From contig JAXMNT010000005.1 of NCBI GenBank assembly GCA_034670305.1, positions 128,001-192,000 on the forward strand: a stretch of 64,000 bases of DNA, in the 5' to 3' direction. How positions within the stretch are numbered: position 1 is the stretch's first letter; every line of letters starts with the position of its first letter. Shown in pieces: positions 23,527 to 33,096 of this stretch. The DNA comes from Deltaproteobacteria bacterium (GTDB lineage Bacteria; Myxococcota_A; Polyangia; Polyangiales; Houyiibacteriaceae). A program made the position numbers and the translations under genes. A model generated the notes under the pieces. That model was given only the letters and a program-made list of their open reading frames with translations, was not told the DNA's origin and searched no databases.

Positions 23527-24225
23527 CTAACAGCACGCGTCGCGGTCGGGACTGCGTCGTGCGAAGCCGACGACGCGCTTCCGTGCGTCGAGTTCTACGT
23601 GGCAACATTGAAGCAACGCTGCGCGCAGTTCGGCGCGGCCCCGTTGCACCCGGCTGCTGATCGTCGATCGCGGGACCCCGAGCGCGCGCGCGACTTCGCC
23701 GTGGGTCTTGCCCTCGAGCTCGCAGGCCCGCACCGCGTGGGCGAGATCGAGCGGGAGCCGGTCGACGGCGGCTCGAAGCCACGCCGCGAGCAGAACGCCC
23801 GGGTCGGGGGACTCGACGTTTGGTTCGGCCGCACGCCCATCCAGTGCCACGGCCGCTGAAGCACGCGGTTCTTTGGCGGTCTTGCGGTGGTGGTCTGCGA
23901 CGACCGTCCGCGCGACGTTGCGCGCATAGGCGGCTTCGTTGCGGATGGATCCGGAGCGGGCGATCAGACGGGTGAAGATGTCCTGCACCAGGTCTTCGAC
24001 GTGGGCCGGCGGGACCCGCCCCCCGACCCAGCGCACGAGCTGTGCGCGCAGGTCGGGGAGTGCCGGCGGCTCGGCCCCTTCCGGGTCGATGGCTGCGTCG
24101 ATGCCTTCGGTCGGGTCGGTGGCGGTCGGGTCGGTGGCGGTCGGGTCGGTGGCGGTCGGGTCGGTGGCGGTGGCGGGAAGGGCGTGGTGATCAACCACAG
24201 CAGCGGGCTTTTTCGGTTTCGGCAT
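23527..24225 (-). CDS. SigZ-like ECF sigma factor with Cys-containing C-terminus
   Basis: VEDLVQDIF, STISSRVQRGR, LLQCCHVELDAR...ACC tail; N-terminal DPTAT repeats; start uncertain. Confidence 0.8.
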   Translation of the reverse strand: MPKPKKPAAVVDHHALPATATDPTATDPTATDPTATDPTEGIDAAIDPEGAEPPALPDLRAQLVRWVGGRVPPAHVEDLVQDIFTRLIARSGSIRNEAAYARNVARTVVADHHRKTAKEPRASAAVALDGRAAEPNVESPDPGVLLAAWLRAAVDRLPLDLAHAVRACELEGKTHGEVARALGVPRSTISSRVQRGRAELRAALLQCCHVELDARKRVVGFARRSPDRDACC

Positions 24226-24658
24226 CTTCGATCGGATCCGGGAGGGAGTGTACGGCAGCCTCGTCGAGCACGACGAACACCTCCCACCGGTGGCCGTCCG
24301 GGTCGATGGCCCAGACCTTGTCCTGCACCGAGAAGCAGCAGGTCACGCCTTCTTCGTCCATGGTCGCGAAGCCGGCCGCTTTGACCCGGCCGTGCGCGGC
24401 GATCACCTCGGCGCGGGTCTTCACCTGGATGCCGAAGTGGTCCGCGCCGCGGCTCGGGGTGGTCTCCTTGGTCTCGTTGAGCGAGAGGTTGAGCGGCGGC
24501 GAGGTGGTCTCGAACTTTGCGTAGCCGGGGCGCTCCTTGACCGGGTCGGACCCGAGCAAGACCCGGTAGAAGGCGGTGGCGGCGGCGAGGTCGCGCACGC
24601 CGAGGCCGATGTGGGGACGGGTGTCGGTGGGAAAGTCGATGATGCTGTCGATGGTCAT
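24191..24658 (-). CDS. ArsI/CadI-family VOC (glyoxalase-fold) metalloenzyme
   Basis: HIGLGVRDL, GYAKFE..PPLNLSL, HFGIQV, TCCFSVQDKVW..DPDG..WEVF, C-terminal CCG. Confidence 0.88.
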   Translation of the reverse strand: MTIDSIIDFPTDTRPHIGLGVRDLAAATAFYRVLLGSDPVKERPGYAKFETTSPPLNLSLNETKETTPSRGADHFGIQVKTRAEVIAAHGRVKAAGFATMDEEGVTCCFSVQDKVWAIDPDGHRWEVFVVLDEAAVHSLPDPIEDAETEKARCCG

Positions 24659-24816
24659 GTCGATGGCTCCTGCGTTGGGGAAGGACGGGGCCGGTCTCCC
24701 CGCGTGTACAATCCAAGACGCAGATCACTGCGGACGGACGACGAAAAACCGCTCGGCGTTTCTGGTTTCCGTGCCGCGTCCCAACCCGCGCTGTGGTGGG
24801 CCGGGGTTCGCTGGGC

Positions 24817-25695
24817 TCAGTGGCTCGACTTCGGTCTGGCGCTCGCGAAGGACAGCGCGACCGCGCTGAGGACGATCGCGCAGCCAGCGGCCGTCCAGAG
24901 CGAGGGCGTCTCCGCGAGCCAGATCCAGGCAAGGAAGGTCGACCCCACCGGCTCGAACACCGTGGCGAGTCCGATGGTGGTCGGGGTCAAGGAACGCAGC
25001 GCGAAGGTGATGCTGCTGTGCCCGATGAGCTGCGGCACGAGCGCCGAGAGCACGATGAACCCCCCCGACTCGACCGTGGGGACCTCGAGCGGGACCCCGA
25101 GCCCGACCGCGGTGCCGAGCAAGAGCAGACCGCCGACGGCGCAGGCGATGCCGGTGAACGCGAAGGGATCGACCGGCCCGAGGTCGCGCACGAGGAGCAG
25201 GTAGCCGACCATCGCGAGCGCGCCGAGAAAGGCCAAGAGATCACCGACGAGCGCGCCACCACCGGGCGCATCGTGGGCGATGACGAGCACGCCGACCACG
25301 CCGACCGCGATCGCGGCCCACTGGGTCCGGGTCGGTTGGTCGCGTCCCCGGAGCGAGGCGATGACCGCGAGCAAGAGCGGGGTCGCGGTCACGAGGGTCA
25401 CCGCTGCGGCCACGCTGGTGAGCGAGAGCGACCAGACCCAGGTTCCGAAGTGGAGCGCGTAGAAGAACCCGCCACCGAGAGCGGCGCGCCGGACCCGTGG
25501 ACTCAGCGAGGACCAACGGCGCCAGACCCAGGGCGCGAGGACCAGCGCCGCCAACGCGAGGCGGCCGCCGGCAGCGACGAGCGGGTGGGCGGGCGCAGCT
25601 TTGCGGAAGAAGATCGCCGCGAACGAGATCGCGACCACGCCGATGCCCAGCGCGATGACTGGCAGACGCTCGCGCAGGTGAAGGGTGGCCGGCAC
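24817..25695 (-). CDS. DMT/EamA family permease
   Basis: About 10 hydrophobic segments; HFGTW..SL..TSVA, PQLIGH, EPVG. Confidence 0.85.
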   Translation of the reverse strand: MPATLHLRERLPVIALGIGVVAISFAAIFFRKAAPAHPLVAAGGRLALAALVLAPWVWRRWSSLSPRVRRAALGGGFFYALHFGTWVWSLSLTSVAAAVTLVTATPLLLAVIASLRGRDQPTRTQWAAIAVGVVGVLVIAHDAPGGGALVGDLLAFLGALAMVGYLLLVRDLGPVDPFAFTGIACAVGGLLLLGTAVGLGVPLEVPTVESGGFIVLSALVPQLIGHSSITFALRSLTPTTIGLATVFEPVGSTFLAWIWLAETPSLWTAAGCAIVLSAVALSFASARPKSSH

Positions 25696-25785
25696 GCGCC
25701 GGAGGCTGCGGCAAAAGAGACGGCCGGTCGAGAGTGCGCCGGCGGCTTGCGCCCCGAAAGAATCAGAGACCCACCGGCACGGGCC

Positions 25786-26442
25786 TCAGCGGCCGCGGAG
25801 CTCGGCGATCTTGCGTTCGACGGCGCCGCGGTCCGGTGCGTCGGGACGGGCGCGGATGTACTCACGGAAGTAGTCGATCGCATCGCGTCGGCTGCCGAGC
25901 AGTTCGGACGTCACCGCGAGGTTGTAGAGGACTTCAGGGAGCGGCGCGAAGCGGTGGGCGGCGATGAACGCGACCATCGCGGCTTCGTACTGCTGGCGGC
26001 GGAACATCGCGACGCCTCGGAGGAAGAACACCCGCGCTTCCTGGGTCAGCTCGTCGTCGGATGGCGGGAGGGTGAACACCTGATCGCGGGCGCGGGTCCG
26101 GGCTTCGCGGAGCGCGGCGATGCGGGCTTGGATGTCGGCCCGTTCGGGCGCTTCGAGGGTGCCGCGGCGCAGGTAGATCCGGAAGTAGCGGATCGCCTGG
26201 TCGTACTCGCTCATGCGCTCGTACACGCGGGCGACATTGAACGCGAGCTCCGGAGCGTTGGTCAGCTCGTAGGCCGCGCGCATCTTGGTCGCCGCCTCTG
26301 CGAACCGACCGCCGTCGTAGTGCGCCTGACCCTCCATGTAGAGGGCGCGGGCGCGCGCCACGCGGTCCGCGGGTTGGGCGAGGGCCGAACCGGCGAAGAC
26401 GAGGCCGGCCAGAACAAGGGCGGCGGAGATGGAGAAGCGCAT
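25786..26442 (-). CDS. Secreted tetratricopeptide-repeat protein
   Basis: Signal peptide; two duplicated TPR modules (ELAFNVA..YE / EVLYNLA..E). Confidence 0.8.
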   Translation of the reverse strand: MRFSISAALVLAGLVFAGSALAQPADRVARARALYMEGQAHYDGGRFAEAATKMRAAYELTNAPELAFNVARVYERMSEYDQAIRYFRIYLRRGTLEAPERADIQARIAALREARTRARDQVFTLPPSDDELTQEARVFFLRGVAMFRRQQYEAAMVAFIAAHRFAPLPEVLYNLAVTSELLGSRRDAIDYFREYIRARPDAPDRGAVERKIAELRGR

Positions 26443-26545
26443 CGAACCCTAGACTGCCACGGGGACCGGTTGATTCACCAGGAGGTCGGAGGGGCCGGTC
26501 CCGTGCCGGCCCGATTCAAGCCGGCGCTCCGTTGGTTCGCGCCGC

Positions 26546-26815
26546 TTATTCCGCGGCTTTGCGTTTCTCGCGCTCGAGGCTCTGCTCCATCTTGCGCAGG
26601 GAACGTTTGAGCTCTCGCACTTCTTTCTTGGTGGCGAGGTTGAGGCTGCGGGCGACCTTGTCGATGCGCTCGTCCAGGTTGTCCTGGAGCTGTCCGCGCA
26701 ACTGGATGGCCTTCATCATGCCCTTCATCACCCGCTCGTCTTGCATGAGTTTGGACACCCGGGGGTCCTGCATCAGCTCGAACGACTTCTTCGTCACAAA
26801 ATCCTTCAGCGCCAC
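26546..26815 (-). CDS. Small coiled-coil hypothetical protein (phasin-like C-terminus)
   Basis: LNLATKKEVRELKRSL motif; GAAGGAG RBS upstream. Confidence 0.65.
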   Translation of the reverse strand: MALKDFVTKKSFELMQDPRVSKLMQDERVMKGMMKAIQLRGQLQDNLDERIDKVARSLNLATKKEVRELKRSLRKMEQSLEREKRKAAE

Positions 26816-26889
26816 GTTCTCTCCTTCGACCCCCGTTGGGCGCGCGATCGCAACGCCGCCCTGTTCATAGCACTTCTCTTATTTGCGTC

Positions 26890-27145
26890 ACGGGCCTGGC
26901 TCGCTTCGCGAGACTGGCGGCCCTAATTCGGCGTCCAGAGCACATCGACGTGCTCGCCGCCTGAGGTGGCGACGCGGAAGAAGCGCTTGAGGACACTTGG
27001 CGGCTCCGCGCGGTCGATGCACTCCCGCCGCCTCTATGACGCGCTTGCAGTTGCTCGCCCTGCGGGCTGCGCAGGTGCACGGGCGGAGATGCCTGACTCG
27101 CTGGCGCTGTTCGAGGCCTGGCTCGCTTCGCGAGACTGGCGGCCC
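26890..27145. repeat. Two copies of a REP-like palindrome (GGCCTGGCTCGCTTCGCGAGACTGGCGGCCC)
   Basis: Copies at 26890-26926 and 27115-27145; third variant at 42685-42721. Confidence 0.8.
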
Positions 27146-27160
27146 CGATGTCGCGGCCGG

Positions 27161-28549
27161 TCAGGGTTCGCAGTGGTGGGGGAAGAGCTCGTGAATGACT
27201 TTGCCGAGGCGGCCGCGCATGTCGCCACCCTTCTGGACGAAGTGGTGCATGCCGAGCTGGTGCAAGAGCTGCAGGTCGTGCTCCTGGGCGCCCGCGCTCA
27301 CGCTGACGATCTTCGCGTCGTCGGCCAGCCGTTCGCTCCGAAGCCGCATGCAGACCTCGACCCCGGTCATGCGCGGCATGTGGATGTCGAGCAAGATCAG
27401 GTCCGGTTCGCGTTCGCGAATCTTCGACAGCGCTTCGATGCCATCGCTCGCCCGTCGCAGCACGCACTCGCTGTGGGTGACCTTGGTCACGTAGAAGACG
27501 AGCAGCTTCGCGATCGCGTCGTCGTCTTCCACGATGAGCACGTCGAGCGGCTTGAACTGCTCGACCTCGACCCCGAGCTCTTCGTCGGTCGGAAGGTGCA
27601 TTGGCGTGGGGCGGTGGTCGCGCGGCAGGAGCGAGCGCCGGTCCGTCAGGACGTTCTTGCGAAGCCCCTTGGCGAGGTTGGTCAGCTGAAGCGCGAGCGC
27701 TTCGGTGCCCTGTGGTCGGTCGCGCGGATCGAACGCCAGCATCTCTCGAAGGAGTGTGTCGAAGGCGCGGGGCGCGTCCCGTCGACTGTCGCGCAACTTG
27801 GGGCTCGTCAGCGACGCATGGGAGGCCATGACTTCCTCGAGGGTGCTGCCCGGGAACGGACGCTCCCCGACGAGCATCTCGTAGGTCATCACGCCGAGCG
27901 CGAAGATGTCGCTCAAACGCGCGCCCTTCGGCGCCACCCGGCCGAGCATGGCTTCGGGCGCCATGTACGGAGGCGAGCCCACCACCATCGGCACTTCGGT
28001 CTGATTCGAGTCGGACACCAGCCCGAAGTCCATCAGCACCACTCGATGGTCGGGGGTCAGCATGACGTTGGCGGGTTTCACGTCGCGGTGGGCCAACCCG
28101 GCGCGGTGGACGATCGCCAACCCACCGGCGAGCTCGGCCATCACCTCGATGACCTCGAGCACGCCGAAGGTCTCATGGGCCTCTCGGCGCGTCTTGATGT
28201 GGCGGGCGAGGTCCATGCCGTAGATGCGCTCGAGCACCATGAAGTCGATGTCTTCGTGGGTCGCGAGGGTGTGCACGGTCACGAGACTCGGGTGTCGGAA
28301 GGCCGCCAGCGCGCGCGCTTCCTGCTCCAGCGCGGGCACGTTCTCGTCGGGCCAGATCGCCTTGATGGCGACCACTCGGTCGAGGCGTACGTCGAGTGCC
28401 TCGAAGACCTGACCCATGCCGCCCTCGCCGAGGAGGGAGCGGATCTCGTACTGCCCAGCCACCCGGTCGCCGACCTGGAAGAGCGGTGGGCGGGGTCCGT
28501 GGGTGACGATGGCTGGGAACGCCTGCGAGGGGGGCGCCGCCTCGGGCAC
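27161..28549 (-). CDS. Ser/Thr protein kinase with C-terminal receiver (REC) domain
   Basis: GEGGMGQV, VAIK, HRDVKPAN, DFG, YMAPE; then VLIVEDD, LLDIHMP and K of REC. Start uncertain: frame is open further upstream. Confidence 0.85.
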   Translation of the reverse strand: MPEAAPPSQAFPAIVTHGPRPPLFQVGDRVAGQYEIRSLLGEGGMGQVFEALDVRLDRVVAIKAIWPDENVPALEQEARALAAFRHPSLVTVHTLATHEDIDFMVLERIYGMDLARHIKTRREAHETFGVLEVIEVMAELAGGLAIVHRAGLAHRDVKPANVMLTPDHRVVLMDFGLVSDSNQTEVPMVVGSPPYMAPEAMLGRVAPKGARLSDIFALGVMTYEMLVGERPFPGSTLEEVMASHASLTSPKLRDSRRDAPRAFDTLLREMLAFDPRDRPQGTEALALQLTNLAKGLRKNVLTDRRSLLPRDHRPTPMHLPTDEELGVEVEQFKPLDVLIVEDDDAIAKLLVFYVTKVTHSECVLRRASDGIEALSKIREREPDLILLDIHMPRMTGVEVCMRLRSERLADDAKIVSVSAGAQEHDLQLLHQLGMHHFVQKGGDMRGRLGKVIHELFPHHCEP

Positions 28550-28925
28550 GGTCGCCTGGCGCGGGATGTCGGTCTTCGGCGGTCGCGTGGTCGGGCGTGG
28601 AGGCGTGCGGGTGGGTCGCGCGCGCAAGCGCTCCCCACCAGGCCCTTTGGTGACTCGGTCGTCGTCCGCGATGGGCGCAAGATACCCTGGAATCGGGCCG
28701 GCGGAACCCCGAACGCCAGTGTTCTCACCTACTTGAAATATCGTCTCTCGCGCGGGAGGCTTTGGGCCCGCGCAGGAGCGAAGCGACGAGCAGGTCCAGA
28801 GCCGTTTTCGAGGGTTCGGAAAGCCGAAGGCGTCCGAGCCCGCAGAAACCCCGCGAGAGACCAGAAATATTCGCCGCACAGAGGCCGTAGCGATCTGTGT
28901 GACCAGCGCTACGCTTCCTCGCCGC

Positions 28926-29423
28926 ATGCCCCGTTCCTCCTCAGCCCGCGCGGACCGCACCGCCGACGTCTCAGTCGACGAGAGCGAGTCGCTGCGCAGC
29001 AAGTACCCGACGATGACCGGCATGGTCCGTTTGCTGGACGACTGGGGCCTCGACGCAGGTCTCGGCTTCATCCTGCCCGGCGTGGGCGATGTCGTGACGG
29101 GCACCGGCTCGATCGCGCTGCTCTTCACCGCGGTCAAGGAGCGGGTCCCGACGGTCATCCTGTTCCGGATGCTGCTCAACATCCTGGTGGATGTGATCTT
29201 CGGCATCGTGCCGGTCGTCGGGGATCTCTTCGATCTCTTCTTCCGCTGCAACCGCCGGAACCTCGATCTCATCGACCGCTACCGAGACGGGGACGAAGAT
29301 CCGTCGTTCGCGGACTACGCGCTCGTCACCGTCGGCGTGCTGCTCGTGTGCGCCGCGGTGGTGATCCCGATCTACTTCCTCTTTGGTCTGAGCAGCGGCA
29401 TCGCCGCTTGGCTTGCCAACTGA
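28926..29423 (+). CDS. DUF4112-like membrane protein
   Basis: GLDA.LG.I.PGVGD, MLLNI.VD...G.VPVVGDLFD..F. Confidence 0.8.
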   Translation: MPRSSSARADRTADVSVDESESLRSKYPTMTGMVRLLDDWGLDAGLGFILPGVGDVVTGTGSIALLFTAVKERVPTVILFRMLLNILVDVIFGIVPVVGDLFDLFFRCNRRNLDLIDRYRDGDEDPSFADYALVTVGVLLVCAAVVIPIYFLFGLSSGIAAWLAN

Positions 29424-29442
29424 TCCACCCGGCTCCGCGGAC

Positions 29443-30567
29443 TCAGAGCGGGGAGAGGCGGAGGATGCGGGAGTCGACCGCGTCGACGAAGAGCAGGTCG
29501 CCGTTCGGTGCGAACTCGATGCCCATGAGCGCGCCGGGTGCGACCGTCGTCGACAGGTCGAGCCAGTCGACGAGCGCGCCGTCCATCGTGAACGCGAAGA
29601 GGCGCGAGGTGGCGTTGTCGGAGACGAAGATCATCCCGTCCCGAATCGCCAGGCCGGAGGGCCGCTCGAGCCCTTCGACGGTGCCTGCCGGCACGACGTT
29701 TTCGACGACGGCGCCGTCCATCATGCGCAGAGTCGAGATCCCATCGTAGTTGGGTCCGATCGTGCGGCCGGGGCTGCCGGTCGCGATGTCGAGCCGGCCG
29801 ATCCGACCGTTCCCGGTGTCCGCGACGTAGAGCATGCCGCCGGAGACCACCATGTGGGAGGAGACGTCGGGCACGTACGCGACCTGGCCTTCGGCGAAGC
29901 GCTCGATGATGCCGTCCGAGTGGTCGACGTTGCCCGGCCCGTGGTCCTCGACGAAGTCGTAGCGGGTGAGGGAGTTGTGCATGCCGTCGAAGACCCAGTA
30001 GGCGTTGCCGGTCTCCCAAGCGATGCCGACGGAGTTCGGGCTGTTGTGCAGCATGTCGAGGTGGCTCGCGTGGCCCGCGTCGAAGAGATCCATGTCGGTC
30101 GGCCAGAGGGTCGGTCCCATGAAGTCGGTCGGCGACCCTTCCTGCGTCACCTCGTCGGTCTCGGGCGCGGTGGCGAACTGGTCGACGTCGTCGAACGCGA
30201 GCGCCGCCGGGCGGGACAGAAAGTGCTGCGAGCCTCCACCGTTGCGGCGTGACCAGTCCTGGGTCTCCATGCCCACATCGGAGAGGATGGTGACAAACCC
30301 ATCGTCGTTGACGATCCAGAGTTGGTTGTCGACCGTTGGGTGAAACGCGAGGTCGCGCGGCGCTCGGATCGCGTCGTCCAGCGTGGCGACCGTGCTCAGA
30401 CCCACCGCGTCGATGGCGTGGGAGCCGAAGCCCAGGATCGCCAGACCGGTCGGGCCGGCGTCGAGGTCGGTCGTGCTGTCGGCGGCGCCGGCGTCGGTCA
30501 GGTCGCCGACATCGTCTCCGCAGCCGAAGAGAGAGAGCAGAAGGGACGACAAGAGTACAAAGCGCAT
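29443..30567 (-). CDS. Lipoprotein, probable beta-propeller
   Basis: SLFGC lipobox; PRDLAFHP, LYVADTGNGRI, PSGLAI blades; HLDMLH. Confidence 0.75.
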   Translation of the reverse strand: MRFVLLSSLLLSLFGCGDDVGDLTDAGAADSTTDLDAGPTGLAILGFGSHAIDAVGLSTVATLDDAIRAPRDLAFHPTVDNQLWIVNDDGFVTILSDVGMETQDWSRRNGGGSQHFLSRPAALAFDDVDQFATAPETDEVTQEGSPTDFMGPTLWPTDMDLFDAGHASHLDMLHNSPNSVGIAWETGNAYWVFDGMHNSLTRYDFVEDHGPGNVDHSDGIIERFAEGQVAYVPDVSSHMVVSGGMLYVADTGNGRIGRLDIATGSPGRTIGPNYDGISTLRMMDGAVVENVVPAGTVEGLERPSGLAIRDGMIFVSDNATSRLFAFTMDGALVDWLDLSTTVAPGALMGIEFAPNGDLLFVDAVDSRILRLSPL

Positions 30568-30669
30568 GCAAGGAGTTAGCACGCGGGCGATGGGCAGTCG
30601 AAATGCGCGATGCGTTTGCGGTGCGCGTCTATGAAACGCGTTCGCTGTGTTCGAGTCCCTCGGGGTCCC

Positions 30670-31896
30670 TCAGAACAGCGTGCCGTCGCTCTGGATGCGG
30701 ATCGGCGGGGTGGCGTCGGCCCGTTTCTCCCGCGCGATCTCGCGGCCCGCCTGCCAGGTGCCACCTTCGAGCACCTTCGCGAGCGGGAACGCGCGCTCGT
30801 CCACGCCGAGCCCTTTGCGCACGAGCTGCGCGACGCGGTCGAGCAACGCGACGGTGCATGCGCGCCACTCGACGACCACTTCGGAACCCGGTTCGTGCGC
30901 GTCGCCGAGGATGCCCTCGTGTTTGGGAACGAGCACCCCACCGTCCACGAAGAGGCCGCCGTTGCGGTACTCCGCGAGGCCTGTCAGCGCGTCGAGATCG
31001 AACACCTCGAAGCCGGCGCGCTCGAGCGGTTCGAGCAAGGAGTAGGTGAGCCACTGGCTGAGTTTGTGGAAGGGCACGAGCCCTTCGGTCGCGCCTTCGC
31101 CGCCTGCCTTGGGATGCCGCCACACGTCCCCGAGGTTGGCCGACTGCATCACGATGCGGTTGGGCCAGATGTTCGCGAAACGTTCGAGGACGAGATCGAA
31201 GACCGCTTTGGCCGGGATACGTTTGGTCGCGGCGTGGTGGCTCGCGAGGTCGTCGAAGAGCGCCCCGGGACGGTTCGCGCCGGTGCCCGAGGATGCGGGG
31301 AACGATCCGAGCGCGCGACCGAGTCCCTGCATGAGCGCGACCCGGCCCTCCATGCCGACGAGCGGGTTGTCCTCCGAGACCTGAAACCCAGCGGCGAGCT
31401 TCTCCGGGCTGAATGACTCGAGGCTCGTTCGGTCCGCCGTGAACGAAGCGGTCGAGCTGAGCGCGCCGCCGACGAAGAGGTGGTAGCTCGCGACGGCGAG
31501 CCCTTCGGAGCGCGTGTAGCGCGTGCCGTCTTCTTCGAAGCCCCAGCGTGGTCCCGCGCCCGCGTCGAGCAACACACTGGTCACGATCAGATCGAAGCGC
31601 GCGCGGCCTTGTTCGTCTTTGGGCAGCGGGCGGATGAGACGGTCGAAGTCGAGGACCCGATCGACGCCGCCAGCGCGAAAGTGGTTCCAGCGGCTGTGGT
31701 ACGGAATGTCCAGCTGGGGGTAGGTGCTCTGGGTGACTTCGACGACCCGATCGGCGACGTCTTCGAGCGCGTCGAGGTCGACCGAGAAATGTTCCAGTTC
31801 GTCTCGGAGGCCCGCCTCCAAGATGTTGTGGCAACGGCTTCGAATCGTCGCCGGATCGCGCAGCAACCGGACGTCGGGGCCCACCTCGGAGGTCAT
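30670..31896 (-). CDS. DUF1688 / Urc4 (Urg3)-like protein
   Basis: IPYHSRWNHF, SVLLDAGAG, RSEGLAVAS, FHKLSQWLTYSL, LTGLAEYRNGGL, SDGTLF. Confidence 0.88.
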   Translation of the reverse strand: MTSEVGPDVRLLRDPATIRSRCHNILEAGLRDELEHFSVDLDALEDVADRVVEVTQSTYPQLDIPYHSRWNHFRAGGVDRVLDFDRLIRPLPKDEQGRARFDLIVTSVLLDAGAGPRWGFEEDGTRYTRSEGLAVASYHLFVGGALSSTASFTADRTSLESFSPEKLAAGFQVSEDNPLVGMEGRVALMQGLGRALGSFPASSGTGANRPGALFDDLASHHAATKRIPAKAVFDLVLERFANIWPNRIVMQSANLGDVWRHPKAGGEGATEGLVPFHKLSQWLTYSLLEPLERAGFEVFDLDALTGLAEYRNGGLFVDGGVLVPKHEGILGDAHEPGSEVVVEWRACTVALLDRVAQLVRKGLGVDERAFPLAKVLEGGTWQAGREIAREKRADATPPIRIQSDGTLF

Positions 31897-32050
31897 GTGT
31901 GCACCACGGGCGGGCCGTTCTCGCCGCGCACGATGTCTTTGGACCGCTTCTCTCCCACGAACCCTCCGTGCGACCACGTCGCGACGCTCGGGTATGCCCG
32001 GAACACTCAGGGGAATCAACGTCGCGTGGACGGTCCGCGCGCCGCCGCGT

Positions 32051-32890
32051 TCAGCGACCGAGCCGGAAGTCGTGCCGGACCTGGACGGACGCGGTGCGGC
32101 CACGGGACAAGCGCGCCCTCCGGACCACGTCGGCGACGCAGCCGAGGGTGGCGGGGTTGCCGCGGCCGGGCGGCAACGACGCGCCGACCATGGTGAGCGA
32201 GCCGTCGGGATCGACGCGGATCTGGAGGGTGGCGCGGCCAGCCAGGCGGCCGTCGGTGTCGAGGCATCGGAGCAGTGCGTTCGCCAGCGAAGGTCGGGCG
32301 AGCACGGCCTGAACCTGCGTGCGGATCTGGGCCACCGTCGGCTGGACCGGCTGGATCGGATCGGGATCCGGATGCGGGTGTGGGTGTGGGTGTGGATGCG
32401 GGTTCGGCGGCGGATCCACGGTGACCTGCGCCGCGATGCGCAAGCGGACCTGCGCGACCACCGGTGCCTGCGCGTCGTTGCGACCCATGCGCCGCTCGAC
32501 GTATTGGCGCACCTGGGCCTGGATGCAGCGAACGGCCGCCGCGTCGACGTCGCGCGGGTTGGTGCGAACCTCGAGGGCGCTGATGTTCAGAAAGCCCGGC
32601 ATGACCCGAACGACAAGGGTCACGTCGAAACTTCGGTCTGGATGCGACGCGTGCATGCAGCGACGTACGAGCGGGCCGGCGCGGCGGGTCAGCTGGGCGA
32701 GGCGTGCCCGGGTGACACGGGGGCCCGGCGGGACCCGGATCTGGATGGGACGGGCGGCCGCGCCTCCGCCTTGCGGGGGTGCGATCTCCACTTCGGCTTG
32801 GTCCTGGACCTGGACGCGGCGTGCGGCCGCGGGGACCGGCGTGAGCCCGACGAGAGAGAGCACGAGCGAAGCGGAAATCCAGATGCGCAT
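32051..32890 (-). CDS. Secreted protein with two putative TonB-C/AgmX-like domains and a Pro-His linker
   Basis: Signal peptide; two Cys-paired alpha/beta modules separated by PHPHPHPHPDPDP. Confidence 0.5.
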   Translation of the reverse strand: MRIWISASLVLSLVGLTPVPAAARRVQVQDQAEVEIAPPQGGGAAARPIQIRVPPGPRVTRARLAQLTRRAGPLVRRCMHASHPDRSFDVTLVVRVMPGFLNISALEVRTNPRDVDAAAVRCIQAQVRQYVERRMGRNDAQAPVVAQVRLRIAAQVTVDPPPNPHPHPHPHPHPDPDPIQPVQPTVAQIRTQVQAVLARPSLANALLRCLDTDGRLAGRATLQIRVDPDGSLTMVGASLPPGRGNPATLGCVADVVRRARLSRGRTASVQVRHDFRLGR

Positions 32891-33096
32891 GAAAACCTGA
32901 CCTCTGCGAGAGACGCGGCCTTGGCTCGAACGATTCAGTCGTTCTGCCGGCCGATCCCCGTGGACAGCCTATCTCAGCTCGGGGTGGGGCGCAGGACGCG
33001 CCCGAGATCCCGAACGCTGTCGCGCGATCAGAAGCGCAAAGACCCCGGCGGCCGAAGCCGTCGAGGTCGAACGTGGATCTCTGAGATCGCGTGGAT

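Noticed and set aside
27161..29272. 703-aa version of the kinase-REC ORF
   Set aside because: The N-terminal extension overlaps the DUF4112-like gene on the opposite strand and a likely promoter region; a shorter start was preferred.
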